This document shows, one piece after another, positions 48,490 through 59,259 of a stretch of 64,000 nt of DNA (position 1 is its first letter; each line of letters starts with the position of its first letter). The DNA comes from a bacterium (lineage in GTDB: Bacteria; Zhuqueibacterota; Zhuqueibacteria; Residuimicrobiales; Krinioviventaceae). The notes below the pieces were generated by a model. The model was not told the origin of the DNA and searched no databases. It saw only the letters and a program-made list of their open reading frames with translations. The position numbers and the translations under genes are program-made. The stretch is taken from positions 64,001-128,000 of the forward strand of contig CAXXMD010000001.1 of NCBI GenBank assembly GCA_963675755.2, read 5' to 3'.

Positions 48490-48924
48490 ATGGAGAACAC
48501 GATGGATATTAAAAGTTGTATTGATTTTACAAACGAAAATAAAGTTTGTTATTTGGCAACTACTGAGAATGGTGGTCCACGGGTAAGAGCTTTGGGCTTT
48601 TGGTTTGCTGATGAAACCGGTTTTTACTTTCAGACCGGTGCAATGAAATCACTTTATAAGCAATTACTGGATAATCCGCAGGTAGAAGCTTGTTTTTACA
48701 AGCCTGAAAATATGACCGGTAAAATGTTGAGAATTGCAGGGAAGATTGAATTCATGGATGAATTGCAATTGAAAGAACGAGTAATGACAGAGAGACCTTT
48801 TTTAAAGAATTTCGGCCTCACTGCTCAAGATCCCAATTTAATCGTTTTTCGTCTGGAACATGGTCAGGCACATTTCTGGACGATGGAAGATAATTTAAAA
48901 CCCAAACAAATGATTGAATTTTAG
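48490..48924 (+). CDS. Pyridoxamine 5'-phosphate oxidase-like FMN-binding protein
   Basis: YLATTENGGPRVR, K..YKQL..NPQVE. Confidence 0.85.
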   Translation: MENTMDIKSCIDFTNENKVCYLATTENGGPRVRALGFWFADETGFYFQTGAMKSLYKQLLDNPQVEACFYKPENMTGKMLRIAGKIEFMDELQLKERVMTERPFLKNFGLTAQDPNLIVFRLEHGQAHFWTMEDNLKPKQMIEF

Positions 48925-48970
48925 GTTCTAACTTTATTATAATGCAAATTGAAAATAGTTGGTTAATAGT

Positions 48971-49807
48971 ATGATACAAGATATTGCACCTCACAATTTG
49001 GATACTCTGTTTTTAGCTAATCGTAAACTTGAAAATGATGATATTGTATTCAGTTTTAAAGAAAATGCATTGTTGTTAGAGAAAATCAATGATCATTTTG
49101 AACTGCCCCGAAAAAAAGATTTGTTGGAGGTATCAGATGAAAGCGATAAGACATTCCTGTTTACGCTTGATGGTCTTCCCTGCTATCTATTATGGGATGA
49201 AATCCAGACAGAAAATACAACGTTTGCTTATCATAATTTGAATTTTTTCAGAGATACATCGCAGCAGGAGGTTGCATGGGCTTGTCTGGTTGCATTTCAT
49301 TTGATGAACTGGTATTTAAAAAACAGGTATTGTGGAAAGTGTGGTACAGCCACACTACAAAAAACAGATGAACGGGCAATTATATGTCCGAATTGTAAGA
49401 ATACGGTATTTCCCAGAATTTCACCTGCAGTTATTGTTGCTATCATTGATAACGATAAAATATTGCTCGCACGCGGTGTTAATTTTCCGGGAAGATGGTA
49501 CTCGTTACTTGCAGGATATGTGGATATTGGAGAATCACTGGAAGAAGCGTTAATACGTGAGGTTAAAGAAGAAGTAGGGCTGGATATATGGAATATCCGT
49601 TATTACAAAAGCCAACCCTGGCCTTTATCCGGATCGTTAATGATTGGATTTATTGCAAACGCAGACTCTACTTTTGCCCTTGAGATTGATGCTAAAGAGA
49701 TTGCTGATGCCGCATGGTACACTAGAGGAAAACTCCCCGAACATGCTTTACATTTGAGCATTGCAGGTGAGATGATTGAAAAGTTTGAAAAAAGTGAGCT
49801 GGAATAG
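48971..49807 (+). CDS. nudC: NADH pyrophosphatase
   Basis: Zn ribbon (CGKCG, CPNC), Nudix box GESLEEALIREVKEEVG, SQPWP. Confidence 0.93.
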   Translation: MIQDIAPHNLDTLFLANRKLENDDIVFSFKENALLLEKINDHFELPRKKDLLEVSDESDKTFLFTLDGLPCYLLWDEIQTENTTFAYHNLNFFRDTSQQEVAWACLVAFHLMNWYLKNRYCGKCGTATLQKTDERAIICPNCKNTVFPRISPAVIVAIIDNDKILLARGVNFPGRWYSLLAGYVDIGESLEEALIREVKEEVGLDIWNIRYYKSQPWPLSGSLMIGFIANADSTFALEIDAKEIADAAWYTRGKLPEHALHLSIAGEMIEKFEKSELE

Positions 49808-49837
49808 TTTATTTTGTTATCAAATAATCCGAAAAAT

Positions 49838-49877
49838 AAAAAAATCCCCGGTTATATTCACAACCGGGGATTTTTTT
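49838..49877. terminator. Bidirectional terminator
   Basis: A7-TCCCCGGTT...AACCGGGGA-T7. Confidence 0.85.
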
Positions 49878-49928
49878 AAATCAACTACCATATCCTGCAA
49901 GTTAAAGATAGGGATAGAATCCTGGTTA

Positions 49929-51566
49929 TTACAGATTTTTTTGATCAGCCTGATCAATTGTAGTATTTTCAATATTACCCGAGTTGAAAATGATAATATT
50001 TTTTATATCTTTCATTTTGAATGTTGGAATTCCCTGTGCATTCTGTGCCTGGATGAAATTAAATTCAGAGTTTTTAACATCTTCAAGAATGAATGCAGGG
50101 CGCATATCCTCATTTTCAAAAGATACATTTACATTATGCAATTCAATACCATCTACATGACGCATATAAAATCCATAGGCTGGGATATCTCCATACATAC
50201 GGGGATCCGGGTAACCATCTTCCATTTCAGGAACCTCAATATCGCCTTGTTCTTTGGGAGCGCCGCCTTTGACATAAATCTGGATGTTGCTCATTTTTAC
50301 ATCTGTAACATCATGACCGGGAATACCCATAATGAGCGCACCGTAACGGGGTTCTACATTATGCACAACCACATTGCTGATATTGATTCTTCTCATTGTT
50401 CCGATTGGTGTATTTTCCGGTGCACGCATGCGTCTGCCAACGCGCAGGAAAAAGGGAGCATTTGTTATATTCCGCATAGTGATATTTGAAATCGTTACAT
50501 CTTCTAAAATACCGCCATCAACGGTTTCAAGTGCCAGGCCGCGGCAGCGGTCAAATACACAGTTGGATATGGAAATGTTTTTAAAGCCGCCATTCGATTC
50601 TGTACCCATTTTGATTCTACCAGTCATTCCACCTTTGTCAGGTGCAAGTTCCTGAGTGGTTTGAAACGTACCATCCAGAAACGTACCGGGATCATAGCCC
50701 ATAACCTGACAATTGGTAATGCTTAGGTTCTCTGTTGAACGAAATATGCCTAATGCAAATGTGCTTTTCAATACGATTGCGTCATCATTGGGTGTATTGA
50801 CTGTGCAATTTGAAATACGAACATTATGACAGCAATCGATATTCAGTCCATCCCGGTTGGTGTCAATTTTGACATTATCGATAGTCATATTGTCAATACC
50901 GGTAGCGAGAACACAAAAGTGACCGCACAATAAAAAAGAAATATCTTTGATGATCACATTTCTACATTGTTTCAGAGCAATGGCTTTGTTTCCATAATCA
51001 TTGTAACGACTGAGATCAACAGGCTGGTCTTCACGAGGACGTTCAGGTCTGGGGCGTTCTTCGCCAGGTTTTCGTTCTCTTTGCTGCTGTTCGCGTGGTC
51101 TAAAAGGACGACCACCCCAACGTGAGAGACCTTTACTGCCATCAATAAGGCCGGGGCCTGTTATGGAAACATTGACCAGATTTTCTCCCCACATCAGACT
51201 GTTGCGCCAGTGACTGTGGCCAAAATCCTGATATTTATGCACATCACCCCATTCATTGGGCTCAGGATGATCATAGCCGGGTTGACCTTCAACAGTTTCT
51301 GCTGCCAAAAGAACAGAACCCTGGTCCAGATAAATGGTAATGTTGCTTTTCAAATGAATGGAATAGCTTTTATAAGTGCCTGCCGGGAAATATACAGTAC
51401 CGCCACCAGCCTCTGACGCCGCTTCAATAGCTTTATTGATTGCAGGCGTATCCAGAGTTTGTCCGTCTCCAACAGCTCCATAATCTTTGATATTATAAAA
51501 TGCGGTACCGGCATGGAGGGTAGCACAGAATAAGATAATCAGAATTGTTGATATAAACTTTTTCAT
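49929..51566 (-). CDS. GH28-family beta-helix hydrolase (rhamnogalacturonase-like subgroup)
   Basis: YGAVGDG, NRDG, NDDAIVLKS, GRIKMGTES. Confidence 0.85.
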   Translation of the reverse strand: MKKFISTILIILFCATLHAGTAFYNIKDYGAVGDGQTLDTPAINKAIEAASEAGGGTVYFPAGTYKSYSIHLKSNITIYLDQGSVLLAAETVEGQPGYDHPEPNEWGDVHKYQDFGHSHWRNSLMWGENLVNVSITGPGLIDGSKGLSRWGGRPFRPREQQQRERKPGEERPRPERPREDQPVDLSRYNDYGNKAIALKQCRNVIIKDISFLLCGHFCVLATGIDNMTIDNVKIDTNRDGLNIDCCHNVRISNCTVNTPNDDAIVLKSTFALGIFRSTENLSITNCQVMGYDPGTFLDGTFQTTQELAPDKGGMTGRIKMGTESNGGFKNISISNCVFDRCRGLALETVDGGILEDVTISNITMRNITNAPFFLRVGRRMRAPENTPIGTMRRINISNVVVHNVEPRYGALIMGIPGHDVTDVKMSNIQIYVKGGAPKEQGDIEVPEMEDGYPDPRMYGDIPAYGFYMRHVDGIELHNVNVSFENEDMRPAFILEDVKNSEFNFIQAQNAQGIPTFKMKDIKNIIIFNSGNIENTTIDQADQKNL

Positions 51567-51591
51567 TTTAATACCTTTCCAGAGTAAATAT

Positions 51592-52713
51592 TTATTTTAC
51601 AAATACATCCCAAACTTTTGACATTCGAGATTCACCTGCGGGACCTTGCACATTCAAAACAACTACATATTGTCCCGGCTTTTCATAGATATGGCTGGGA
51701 TTTTGTTCATTCGATTCGGTCCCGTCACCAAAATCCCAATGCCATGATGAAATTTTACCAATGGATTCATCTTTGAACAACACCAGTCGTTTATCCATAT
51801 CGTAAACCAAATGTGACCAATCAGCTTGTAGCTCTTTGACATATTGTTTCTCCAGAGGCATCAGCTTAAATGCCGCAAGCTGTGACGCATGTCCGTACAT
51901 GGTATGCTGACGTGAAAGGTTCCAGAATCCGTTATTTCGGCGATTATTTACATCATCATAGTCAATAATGGCAAAGCAGAGGCCAATGATCTTTTCTTCC
52001 CACAATTCGGATTCTACCGCCCTTTGTGGACCTTCCGGACCGGCATAATCGAATGGTGTAATCCAGAATTCCAGCACCAGTTTGCCGGACTCGCCGGGTT
52101 TGAAATTATATTTGACACATGCATTTGACCAGGGGAGATCCTTAATCCAGGGTTGTACACCCCAGGCAAGGGTCCAGTCTTTACCTTCAGCGGGAGTGAA
52201 TATGTGATAATTTTGAGCATGCACGCCATGCACTGCCCAATTGGATTCGCCATCACTGATACGATCGTCCTTAATTGCAGCTGCGCCAACTTTTTCGGTT
52301 ACATACATTTCGCGATGTTCTTTGTCGATTAGGGGGCCACCGGACGCATCTGCATCTACAACGATCTCAAACGTATCATTATGCAATCCAGGTTGAGCAA
52401 AATCCCAGTAATCGTCATAGGCTTCATATAGGAAATAGAGCTTGTTCATCCCTTTGACCCAGCCTACTTTGACTTTGATATCCAGCGTTGAGGGATCAGG
52501 TTTTGGGTATTTTCCATTATCATCCACAAGCTGTTGCGTGTCAATGATATAAGATGCGGGTACCATATCCCAATCCGAGATATCACCATCTATACGTGGA
52601 ATCATATTTGGCGGGAATTGAAAGACCTGGAATGTGGTGTCTTGCCTTTCTAATCCAAATACCAGCTTGAAGGAGATGAGAGCCAGAATAGATAAAATTT
52701 TAATAAATTTCAT
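51592..52713 (-). CDS. Secreted CBM9/DOMON-like sugar-binding protein with PKD domain
   Basis: PRIDGDISDW, DTFEIVVDAD; C-terminal WDFGDG. Confidence 0.7.
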   Translation of the reverse strand: MKFIKILSILALISFKLVFGLERQDTTFQVFQFPPNMIPRIDGDISDWDMVPASYIIDTQQLVDDNGKYPKPDPSTLDIKVKVGWVKGMNKLYFLYEAYDDYWDFAQPGLHNDTFEIVVDADASGGPLIDKEHREMYVTEKVGAAAIKDDRISDGESNWAVHGVHAQNYHIFTPAEGKDWTLAWGVQPWIKDLPWSNACVKYNFKPGESGKLVLEFWITPFDYAGPEGPQRAVESELWEEKIIGLCFAIIDYDDVNNRRNNGFWNLSRQHTMYGHASQLAAFKLMPLEKQYVKELQADWSHLVYDMDKRLVLFKDESIGKISSWHWDFGDGTESNEQNPSHIYEKPGQYVVVLNVQGPAGESRMSKVWDVFVK

Positions 52714-52730
52714 TTCTTTTCCCTGATTTA

Positions 52731-54398
52731 TTATTCAAAACGGTACAGTTTGACTTTTTGGATTGATGGAACTGCCTGAAATTTTAGACCTGTGCCGGTT
52801 CTGTTTTCAGCGGTTCTTGCACCAAGATCATAATCGACCATAATGGCATCACCATTTAAACGGCGTCCGGCAATCCATTTTCCGTTTTCAAAAACACCTT
52901 CTTCAACGCTAGCCAATCCCGCAACAGCAGGGCCTTGAGATGCGGGTAAAAATGTGATATGCACATTTGAACCTGCAGCAATAAACTCATCTTTGCCGGA
53001 AGCGATGAGCAATCCATATCCATTTTCAACGGCCTCACCGGAACGCCAGTTGCTGGCAAGAGCTATTGTTACTTTGTAATCACCAAGTGTGATAGATTGT
53101 TTGGGATTGTCACTGTTGAGGATAACACTGGAAATATTACCACTACTTTGAGCTTTTAATATGCTAGGCGAAAGCTGTGCAAGAATATTATATGCCTGGG
53201 CAAACGGATTATCTGTAGAATTGTTCATTCTTCCATCAATACCAAATGGAGAGTAGCCTATTGCTTTGCCTGCTCCTACAGCATAAAAGGCGTTTGCAGC
53301 ACCCGCATAACCGGAAAAAGACTCAGGTACAAATAATGGGGTGCCAGAACGCATATATTGCGCGCAAATATCTGTAAATTCGGGTAGATAAATGTCCGGA
53401 GCCAGAATGTCTATATGATCTGCGGCTGCTCTCCAGATATCGTGAACATGGGCCTGTGGACCACCACTCGGGTAATCACCAGGGCGCTTGTCCTGGGGTT
53501 GAACGATCCATGCGTTTACAAACATGGGTAGGGTATATTCTTTTTTACCCATTTCCGCAAGTTTATCGATGAATGAAGCATAATTCCAGGCCATGAACAG
53601 TTCTTCTGCAGCGGGGCCGCCACCAAAAACATCACTCCAGCTTCCTTTGGTTTTATAACCGGTTGCTGACCAGGTTTTTGTTAATTCGGGAGCCAGATTG
53701 TTTTTATTTTTAGATAAATAATTCATCAATTTAGAGGGAACAGGTGCGGTAAAACTTTTTTCCGCTTCCGGAGAATAATCACGTGTTTCTCCAATGATTC
53801 CTACTTCATTTTGCACCTGTATCATAATTACCGTATTTTCCTGAGAATCAATTTCTTTGAGATGCTTCATAAAAGCAGTAAATGCTTTGAGATCTGCCTG
53901 TAAGGTGTTTTCACTCAAGGGCGTAAGGATTTCCAACGCTTTACCGCTTGCGGTTTTTACACGCGGAAAACGTTTGTAATCAGCTTTTACCCAATCCGGA
54001 ATGTAATGTGATTGGCCGTTTTTCCAGCTACCAAACCAGAGCAGTACAAGCTTTAAATCATTTTCTCTTGCCTGCTTGATCATGCCATCCATTAATGTGT
54101 AATCGTATTGACCTTCAACCGGCTCAAACTGGTCCCATGATACTACAGCGAGCACCGTATTCAGGTTCATGGCTTTTAATTTCGGGAAGATTGGTTCAAG
54201 GTAATCAAGATTTGAAGCTGATGAATTGTGCAATTCACCACCCAGTACAAGCCAGGGTTGATCATTCACGATCAATTGAACAGCCTGACCTCTTTTTTCA
54301 AGGCGGGGTATAGCTTGAGCGTTTGCAAAAATACCTGCTAAAACGAGAAACAAGAAAATAGAACGGAACTTGAATTTTATAAAATTGTGTTTTTTCAT
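52731..54398 (-). CDS. GH35-like beta-galactosidase with DUF5597 domain
   Basis: GGELHNSS, LLWFGSWKNG, QVQNE, YPSGGP, RRLNGD; start ATG 54398. Confidence 0.88.
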   Translation of the reverse strand: MKKHNFIKFKFRSIFLFLVLAGIFANAQAIPRLEKRGQAVQLIVNDQPWLVLGGELHNSSASNLDYLEPIFPKLKAMNLNTVLAVVSWDQFEPVEGQYDYTLMDGMIKQARENDLKLVLLWFGSWKNGQSHYIPDWVKADYKRFPRVKTASGKALEILTPLSENTLQADLKAFTAFMKHLKEIDSQENTVIMIQVQNEVGIIGETRDYSPEAEKSFTAPVPSKLMNYLSKNKNNLAPELTKTWSATGYKTKGSWSDVFGGGPAAEELFMAWNYASFIDKLAEMGKKEYTLPMFVNAWIVQPQDKRPGDYPSGGPQAHVHDIWRAAADHIDILAPDIYLPEFTDICAQYMRSGTPLFVPESFSGYAGAANAFYAVGAGKAIGYSPFGIDGRMNNSTDNPFAQAYNILAQLSPSILKAQSSGNISSVILNSDNPKQSITLGDYKVTIALASNWRSGEAVENGYGLLIASGKDEFIAAGSNVHITFLPASQGPAVAGLASVEEGVFENGKWIAGRRLNGDAIMVDYDLGARTAENRTGTGLKFQAVPSIQKVKLYRFE

Positions 54399-54423
54399 TT
54401 CTCTGGTCCTCCGAAATATTAAG

Positions 54424-54445
54424 CGGGGTGGAGCAATCCACCCCG
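54424..54445 (-). other. Intercistronic stem-loop
   Basis: CGGGGTGGA-GCAA-TCCACCCCG with no U-tract, between co-oriented genes. Confidence 0.55.
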
Positions 54446-54457
54446 ATAATTCATGCA

Positions 54458-56068
54458 TTAAAAGGGGCTGATTTGTGAATCCGGTTTACCGGATTCTAAA
54501 AATTTACCACTTTTATGGATTTTAATGATATTCCAATCCATTTCATCTCGTGTTGCAAATATATATATACTACCATCGTCAGATACTTCTTCAAACGCTC
54601 TTGCAACCTGAATAGTATTGATCTGTTCTTTTAATGTTTGCAATACAGCATCCGGAACCATATTCTCTTCAACACCGGTAAATTCTTTGCCATTGATTGT
54701 TGTATTGGAGGCATTAATACGTTTTACATTGATGAAACGATTGCCATTTGCTGCATTGTTAAAGGTACAATTGTTCAAGGTAATATCGGTTACCGGTGAA
54801 TTGGGGTAACCCATCAAGAGTAAACCAAAATTACTTTTTTCACAGGTTACGTCGCTGACCTGAATGTTTTTAACTGATGGAGTGAATTCACCTGCATCAC
54901 CATTTTCATAGTAAAAGTTGACACGAACCACTGCATCTGAAACCTGACCGACACGTACATTGCGGAAATAAATGTTTTCTACATTACCGCCACGCAATGA
55001 GTTGGTTTTAATACGTAATGCACGTTCCAAATTGGGACTGTCCATTTCACAATTTTCTGCAAAAATATTGATAGCACCGCCGGTAATTTCGCTGCCGATA
55101 ACAACACCACCGTGACCATCTTTCATTGTACAATTTCGAATAATTATATTTTCGCAAGGTGTATTGACTCTGCGTCCATCCGCATTCCGTCCTGATTTTA
55201 AAGCGATACAGTCATCACCCGTATTGAAAAAACAGTCTTCAATTAAAACGTTTTTGCAAGATTCAGGGTCACAACCATCGTTATTGGGACCATGACTGTT
55301 GATGTGAACACCGCGAACGATAACATTTTCACACAATACGGGGTGCAGTTCCCACATGGGAGAGTTGACAATAGTAATACCTTCAATTAATACATTTTTA
55401 CAACGGTAGGGTTGAACAAATTGTGGACGAAGATACGAACCATTAGGAAAAACACGTTCAACTACCGGTACATTGTCTTCTGCCCACTGGAACAATGTTG
55501 AGCGGGTTTCACGTTGTGAATGTATTCCATCTGTCCAGCCATAGTGAGGTGCACCGCACATGGGCCACCAGTTTTCGTTATTTGCTTGTCCATTCAGAGT
55601 GCCTTTGCCGGTAATAGCAATATTTTCCTGTTCAAAAGCATAAACAAATGGGGAATAGTTCATTACTTCAACACCTTCCCAGCGACTGTGTACAACCGGA
55701 AGGTATTTTTCAATATCCGGACTAAAGAGGAGGGTGGCATTCTCTTCGAGATGTAAATTGACATTGCTTTTCAAGTGAACAGGGCCGGTTAGATAGTTAC
55801 CCGCAGGAACCACTACACGACCACCGCCGGCTGCATTACATTCGGTGATTGCTTTTGATATTGCGTCAGAGCAATCGGTTTTCCCGTCACCAACTGCGCC
55901 AAATTCTGTGATATTGAAATCCTTGTCCTGAAAAACCGGTTCTTTTATCTGCTCAAGAATTTCCGGCAAAAGGTCCCAGCCGGTTTTAACCTGAGGTTGA
56001 CAAGAAATTAGCAATCCTGAAATTAGTGTTAATGCCAGAATTGTCAATAACCGTTTGAGGGTCTTCAT
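54458..56068 (-). CDS. GH28 polygalacturonase lipoprotein
   Basis: LISC lipobox; NNDG, GDD, GHGG, RIKT motifs. Confidence 0.93.
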   Translation of the reverse strand: MKTLKRLLTILALTLISGLLISCQPQVKTGWDLLPEILEQIKEPVFQDKDFNITEFGAVGDGKTDCSDAISKAITECNAAGGGRVVVPAGNYLTGPVHLKSNVNLHLEENATLLFSPDIEKYLPVVHSRWEGVEVMNYSPFVYAFEQENIAITGKGTLNGQANNENWWPMCGAPHYGWTDGIHSQRETRSTLFQWAEDNVPVVERVFPNGSYLRPQFVQPYRCKNVLIEGITIVNSPMWELHPVLCENVIVRGVHINSHGPNNDGCDPESCKNVLIEDCFFNTGDDCIALKSGRNADGRRVNTPCENIIIRNCTMKDGHGGVVIGSEITGGAINIFAENCEMDSPNLERALRIKTNSLRGGNVENIYFRNVRVGQVSDAVVRVNFYYENGDAGEFTPSVKNIQVSDVTCEKSNFGLLLMGYPNSPVTDITLNNCTFNNAANGNRFINVKRINASNTTINGKEFTGVEENMVPDAVLQTLKEQINTIQVARAFEEVSDDGSIYIFATRDEMDWNIIKIHKSGKFLESGKPDSQISPF

Positions 56069-56083
56069 GTTTACTACTCCTTT

Positions 56084-57814
56084 TTAAGATTGAATCTCAC
56101 ATTTACGCCATTTACGAACCGAGTTTATCAAAAATAATTCTTTGGCTTGAATTACATCCGACTGATACAAGATCCGTTCTTTTATTTCACCCTTTTTTAA
56201 TAAATGTTCCCGAAAGGTCCCTGCCAATAATCCGCTAGAGACCGGTGGGGTATACAATACATTATTTATATTAACTACCAGATTGTGCATGCAGGTTTCT
56301 GTTATTTCCCCTTTTTGATTATAAAGTAAAACGTCATCATATTCCGGATTTAAATTGATGTGTTTGTCATATATATTTCGGTTTGTTGTTTTATGGTAAA
56401 GCCAAACAGATGATTCATCAACAGGTTCATTCGCAAAACAAATTCTGGCAGTGGTGTTTAAATCTGTTTCTATCTTGATAGATTGTATTTCAATATTTCC
56501 ATCAGAATCAACCAGTAAACGCACGCGTGTAGAATTTTTAAATGATTCAGCTGTATGTATTAGCTTTTCAAGTATATATCGAGTGTTGATCTTGAAACCA
56601 AAATAACGGGCAGATTGACGTAAACGTTTAAGGTGTATATCAAGAAGAAAATAGCCCGTTTGCGGCTGCCATAAAAGTGTTTCAAGTAAATGAAAAGGTT
56701 CATGTTTGTGATTTAATATTTCTGCTTTTAAAAGGGATTCATGAAATTCATCATTGGGTTTGGAATCCCATACAATGCCGCTGCCAATATTATAAACGGC
56801 TTTACCTGTGCTTTTGTTCTGAATTAATGTGCGAATTGCTACATTAAATTGTGCTTTTTTATCCGGAGAAATATAGCCAATACTACCAGTATAAATACCT
56901 CGTGAATGGTCTTCCAGTTGGTTAATGATGTTCATTGTGCTGACTTTTGGGGCCCCGGTAATGGATGCACAAGGGAAAAGCGCTTTAAATATATCACTTA
57001 CTGGTACAAGCGTTCTTGATTGAACGGTAGATGTCATTTGATAGACTGTTGGATACTGTTCTATGCTGTAAAGTTTGGGTATGGAAACACTATTTAATTC
57101 TGCAATGCGTCCCATATCGTTTCTGATCATATCTACAATCATAACATTTTCTGCGCGATCTTTGGTACTGTATTTTAAATTGCGTTTGTTTTGAGCATCT
57201 TTTAAGGAGTATTTGCCGCGAGGTGCAGTGCCTTTCATGGGTTTGGAAAAGAGTCTGGTGCCATCCAGTTTGAAAAATAATTCAGGAGAAGCTGAGCAAA
57301 TTGTATGCGATTCGGTTTCAATCAGTGCCGCATATGGAGCTTTTTGTGCATGGACCAAATTTTTGAAAAGGGAATAATAACTGCCTTTGAATGTTGAATA
57401 TAATGGGAATGTAAAATTAACCTGATATGTGTTACCCAGTTGAATTTGCTGTTTAATGGTTTCAATTGCTGAAAGATATTGCGATTCGTCTATTGCAGGC
57501 TGCCATGTTGAGAAAGAATAATCGCTGGTATCGTCAAAAGGGAGTTCAGCAAGTGCCCGGGGGTGTTTGAACAACCCAAAGGTCATTAATGGATATTCGG
57601 AAAAAGCGTGTACTTTGAGATGCGGATCAAATGCAGGAGACGCTTCATAACATAGAAAACCCGCGGCCCACAGGTTTTCGCTATTCACTTTTTTTTCAAT
57701 ATGACAGAGTTGGTTTATTATTGAATCGCTATCAATTGAAGATATTATCTCGACAGGATCATCAAAAATAAACCAATTGTTCTCATTATTATTATAAAGA
57801 TAAATTTTTAACAT
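56084..57814 (-). CDS. pabB: Aminodeoxychorismate synthase component I fused to class-IV aminotransferase/ADC lyase
   Basis: SASPELFF, PMKGT, ENVMIVD, GAPK, NVAIRT; C-terminal LLETL, HKTT, GLLAGT. Confidence 0.92.
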   Translation of the reverse strand: MLKIYLYNNNENNWFIFDDPVEIISSIDSDSIINQLCHIEKKVNSENLWAAGFLCYEASPAFDPHLKVHAFSEYPLMTFGLFKHPRALAELPFDDTSDYSFSTWQPAIDESQYLSAIETIKQQIQLGNTYQVNFTFPLYSTFKGSYYSLFKNLVHAQKAPYAALIETESHTICSASPELFFKLDGTRLFSKPMKGTAPRGKYSLKDAQNKRNLKYSTKDRAENVMIVDMIRNDMGRIAELNSVSIPKLYSIEQYPTVYQMTSTVQSRTLVPVSDIFKALFPCASITGAPKVSTMNIINQLEDHSRGIYTGSIGYISPDKKAQFNVAIRTLIQNKSTGKAVYNIGSGIVWDSKPNDEFHESLLKAEILNHKHEPFHLLETLLWQPQTGYFLLDIHLKRLRQSARYFGFKINTRYILEKLIHTAESFKNSTRVRLLVDSDGNIEIQSIKIETDLNTTARICFANEPVDESSVWLYHKTTNRNIYDKHINLNPEYDDVLLYNQKGEITETCMHNLVVNINNVLYTPPVSSGLLAGTFREHLLKKGEIKERILYQSDVIQAKELFLINSVRKWRKCEIQS

Positions 57815-57875
57815 AAATCAGTGTTTGTTTTTAACTCTAATTTTGTTATTTTCCATACCCAAAGAAAGGTGTGCT

Positions 57876-58697
57876 ATGGAATTTAAATATAATAAAAAAT
57901 CTCGTGAAAAACTCATATATAATAACCCGGAAAAATTAAAAATAGCCCGGGATATGTTGGAACGTTATACCGGTGGAAATCTGTCTGATTTTAAAAAACA
58001 CATTATTTTAACCAATTTCAACAAATATATGCATGTTTTTGCAGAACGTTTTAATGCTGAAATTCATACCGGATCAGTGATGTCTGTGATTCATGCTGAA
58101 GATGTGAATGTAAGTATGGTGGATTTTAAAATTGGTGCTCCTACTGCTGCATTGATTATTGAATTGTTGGCTGTGCTCGATCCTCAGGCTGTATTGTTTC
58201 TGGGTATGTGTGGAGGATTGCATCCTTCACTCAAAGTTGGTGATTTTATTTTACCGGTGGCAGCAATACGTGATGAAGGCGTTTCTCAGAACTTTATTCC
58301 CAAACAAGTACCCAGTTTGCCAACTTTTAAAATACAAAAATTTGTAAGTCAAATGCTGGTTGATGATGGTTATGACTATCGTACCGGTGTTGTTCATACC
58401 ACAGATTATCGCTTTTGGGAATTTGACCATCGTTTTAAAAAGAAACTCTATGAGGAACGTGCTATAGCTATTGATATGGAATGTGCTGCACTTTTCTCGG
58501 TTGGTTTTGTAAGCAAAGTACCTATTGGTGCTCTTTTACTGGTTTCTGATATGCCCCTAAAAGAGGGTGGAATCAAGACCAAAGCATCTTCAAAACAAGT
58601 ATTTCATGATTTTACTCAGGTGCATATTGATGTGGGTATACGTTCCATGGTTGATATACAGGAACGTGGAGAGCACATTCGTCATTATCGCTGGTAG
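57876..58697 (+). CDS. amn: AMP nucleosidase (short form)
   Basis: MLERYTG, ILLTNF, LGMCGGL, RFWE, DME, LLLVSD. Confidence 0.9.
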   Translation: MEFKYNKKSREKLIYNNPEKLKIARDMLERYTGGNLSDFKKHIILTNFNKYMHVFAERFNAEIHTGSVMSVIHAEDVNVSMVDFKIGAPTAALIIELLAVLDPQAVLFLGMCGGLHPSLKVGDFILPVAAIRDEGVSQNFIPKQVPSLPTFKIQKFVSQMLVDDGYDYRTGVVHTTDYRFWEFDHRFKKKLYEERAIAIDMECAALFSVGFVSKVPIGALLLVSDMPLKEGGIKTKASSKQVFHDFTQVHIDVGIRSMVDIQERGEHIRHYRW

Positions 58698-58699
58698 TA

Positions 58700-59158
58700 T
58701 TAATCGTTAGAAATACGACCGCTCATTTGGGTAATATTCACTTTGATAATACATGTCTTATCTAAAGGACCTTCTTTATAAGTGAAAGGAGGCTCAGCGT
58801 ATTGCGACATTATTATATCGAGTGCTTTGACTTTTTTATCACGATCTGAAATTAATTCTGCTGTACCATATCCTACAACACTTTTATAAGACGATGACCA
58901 GCCGCAGGCATGGTCAGAGGGTAAGAGTTCTATATCACAATCCATTTCAAAGCTCACATTTGCATTTTGATTCAAATAATCAATTTTTTTACCATTATGC
59001 CCTGTATGAAAATAGAGAGCATTGTCTTTATACCCAAAATTTAACGGAACAATATAAGGGCGGTTATCAACACTCATTGCCAGCCTGCATACCTCACATT
59101 TACGGATTATTGATTCAATTTCCTGAATATCCTTGACTTCTTTTTCCTTTTTTCTCAT
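58700..59158 (-). CDS. NimA-like pyridoxamine 5'-phosphate oxidase family protein
   Basis: MRKKEKE, PYIVPLNF, LYFHTG..GKK, YKSVVGYG. Confidence 0.88.
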   Translation of the reverse strand: MRKKEKEVKDIQEIESIIRKCEVCRLAMSVDNRPYIVPLNFGYKDNALYFHTGHNGKKIDYLNQNANVSFEMDCDIELLPSDHACGWSSSYKSVVGYGTAELISDRDKKVKALDIIMSQYAEPPFTYKEGPLDKTCIIKVNITQMSGRISND

Positions 59159-59259
59159 ATTAATAATACCTAATGTTTGTGGTGTTGATTTTAAGAGCTG
59201 AATTGTTTAGGGGTTATTATCATAAATTTATTTTTGTAATAAAAAATAGTGATAAATCT

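Noticed and set aside
49776-50489. 237-aa plus-strand ORF and other short overlapping ORFs in the track (e.g. 41812-42225, 29347-29838)
   Set aside because: They overlap well-supported genes on the opposite strand or cross terminators; no motifs
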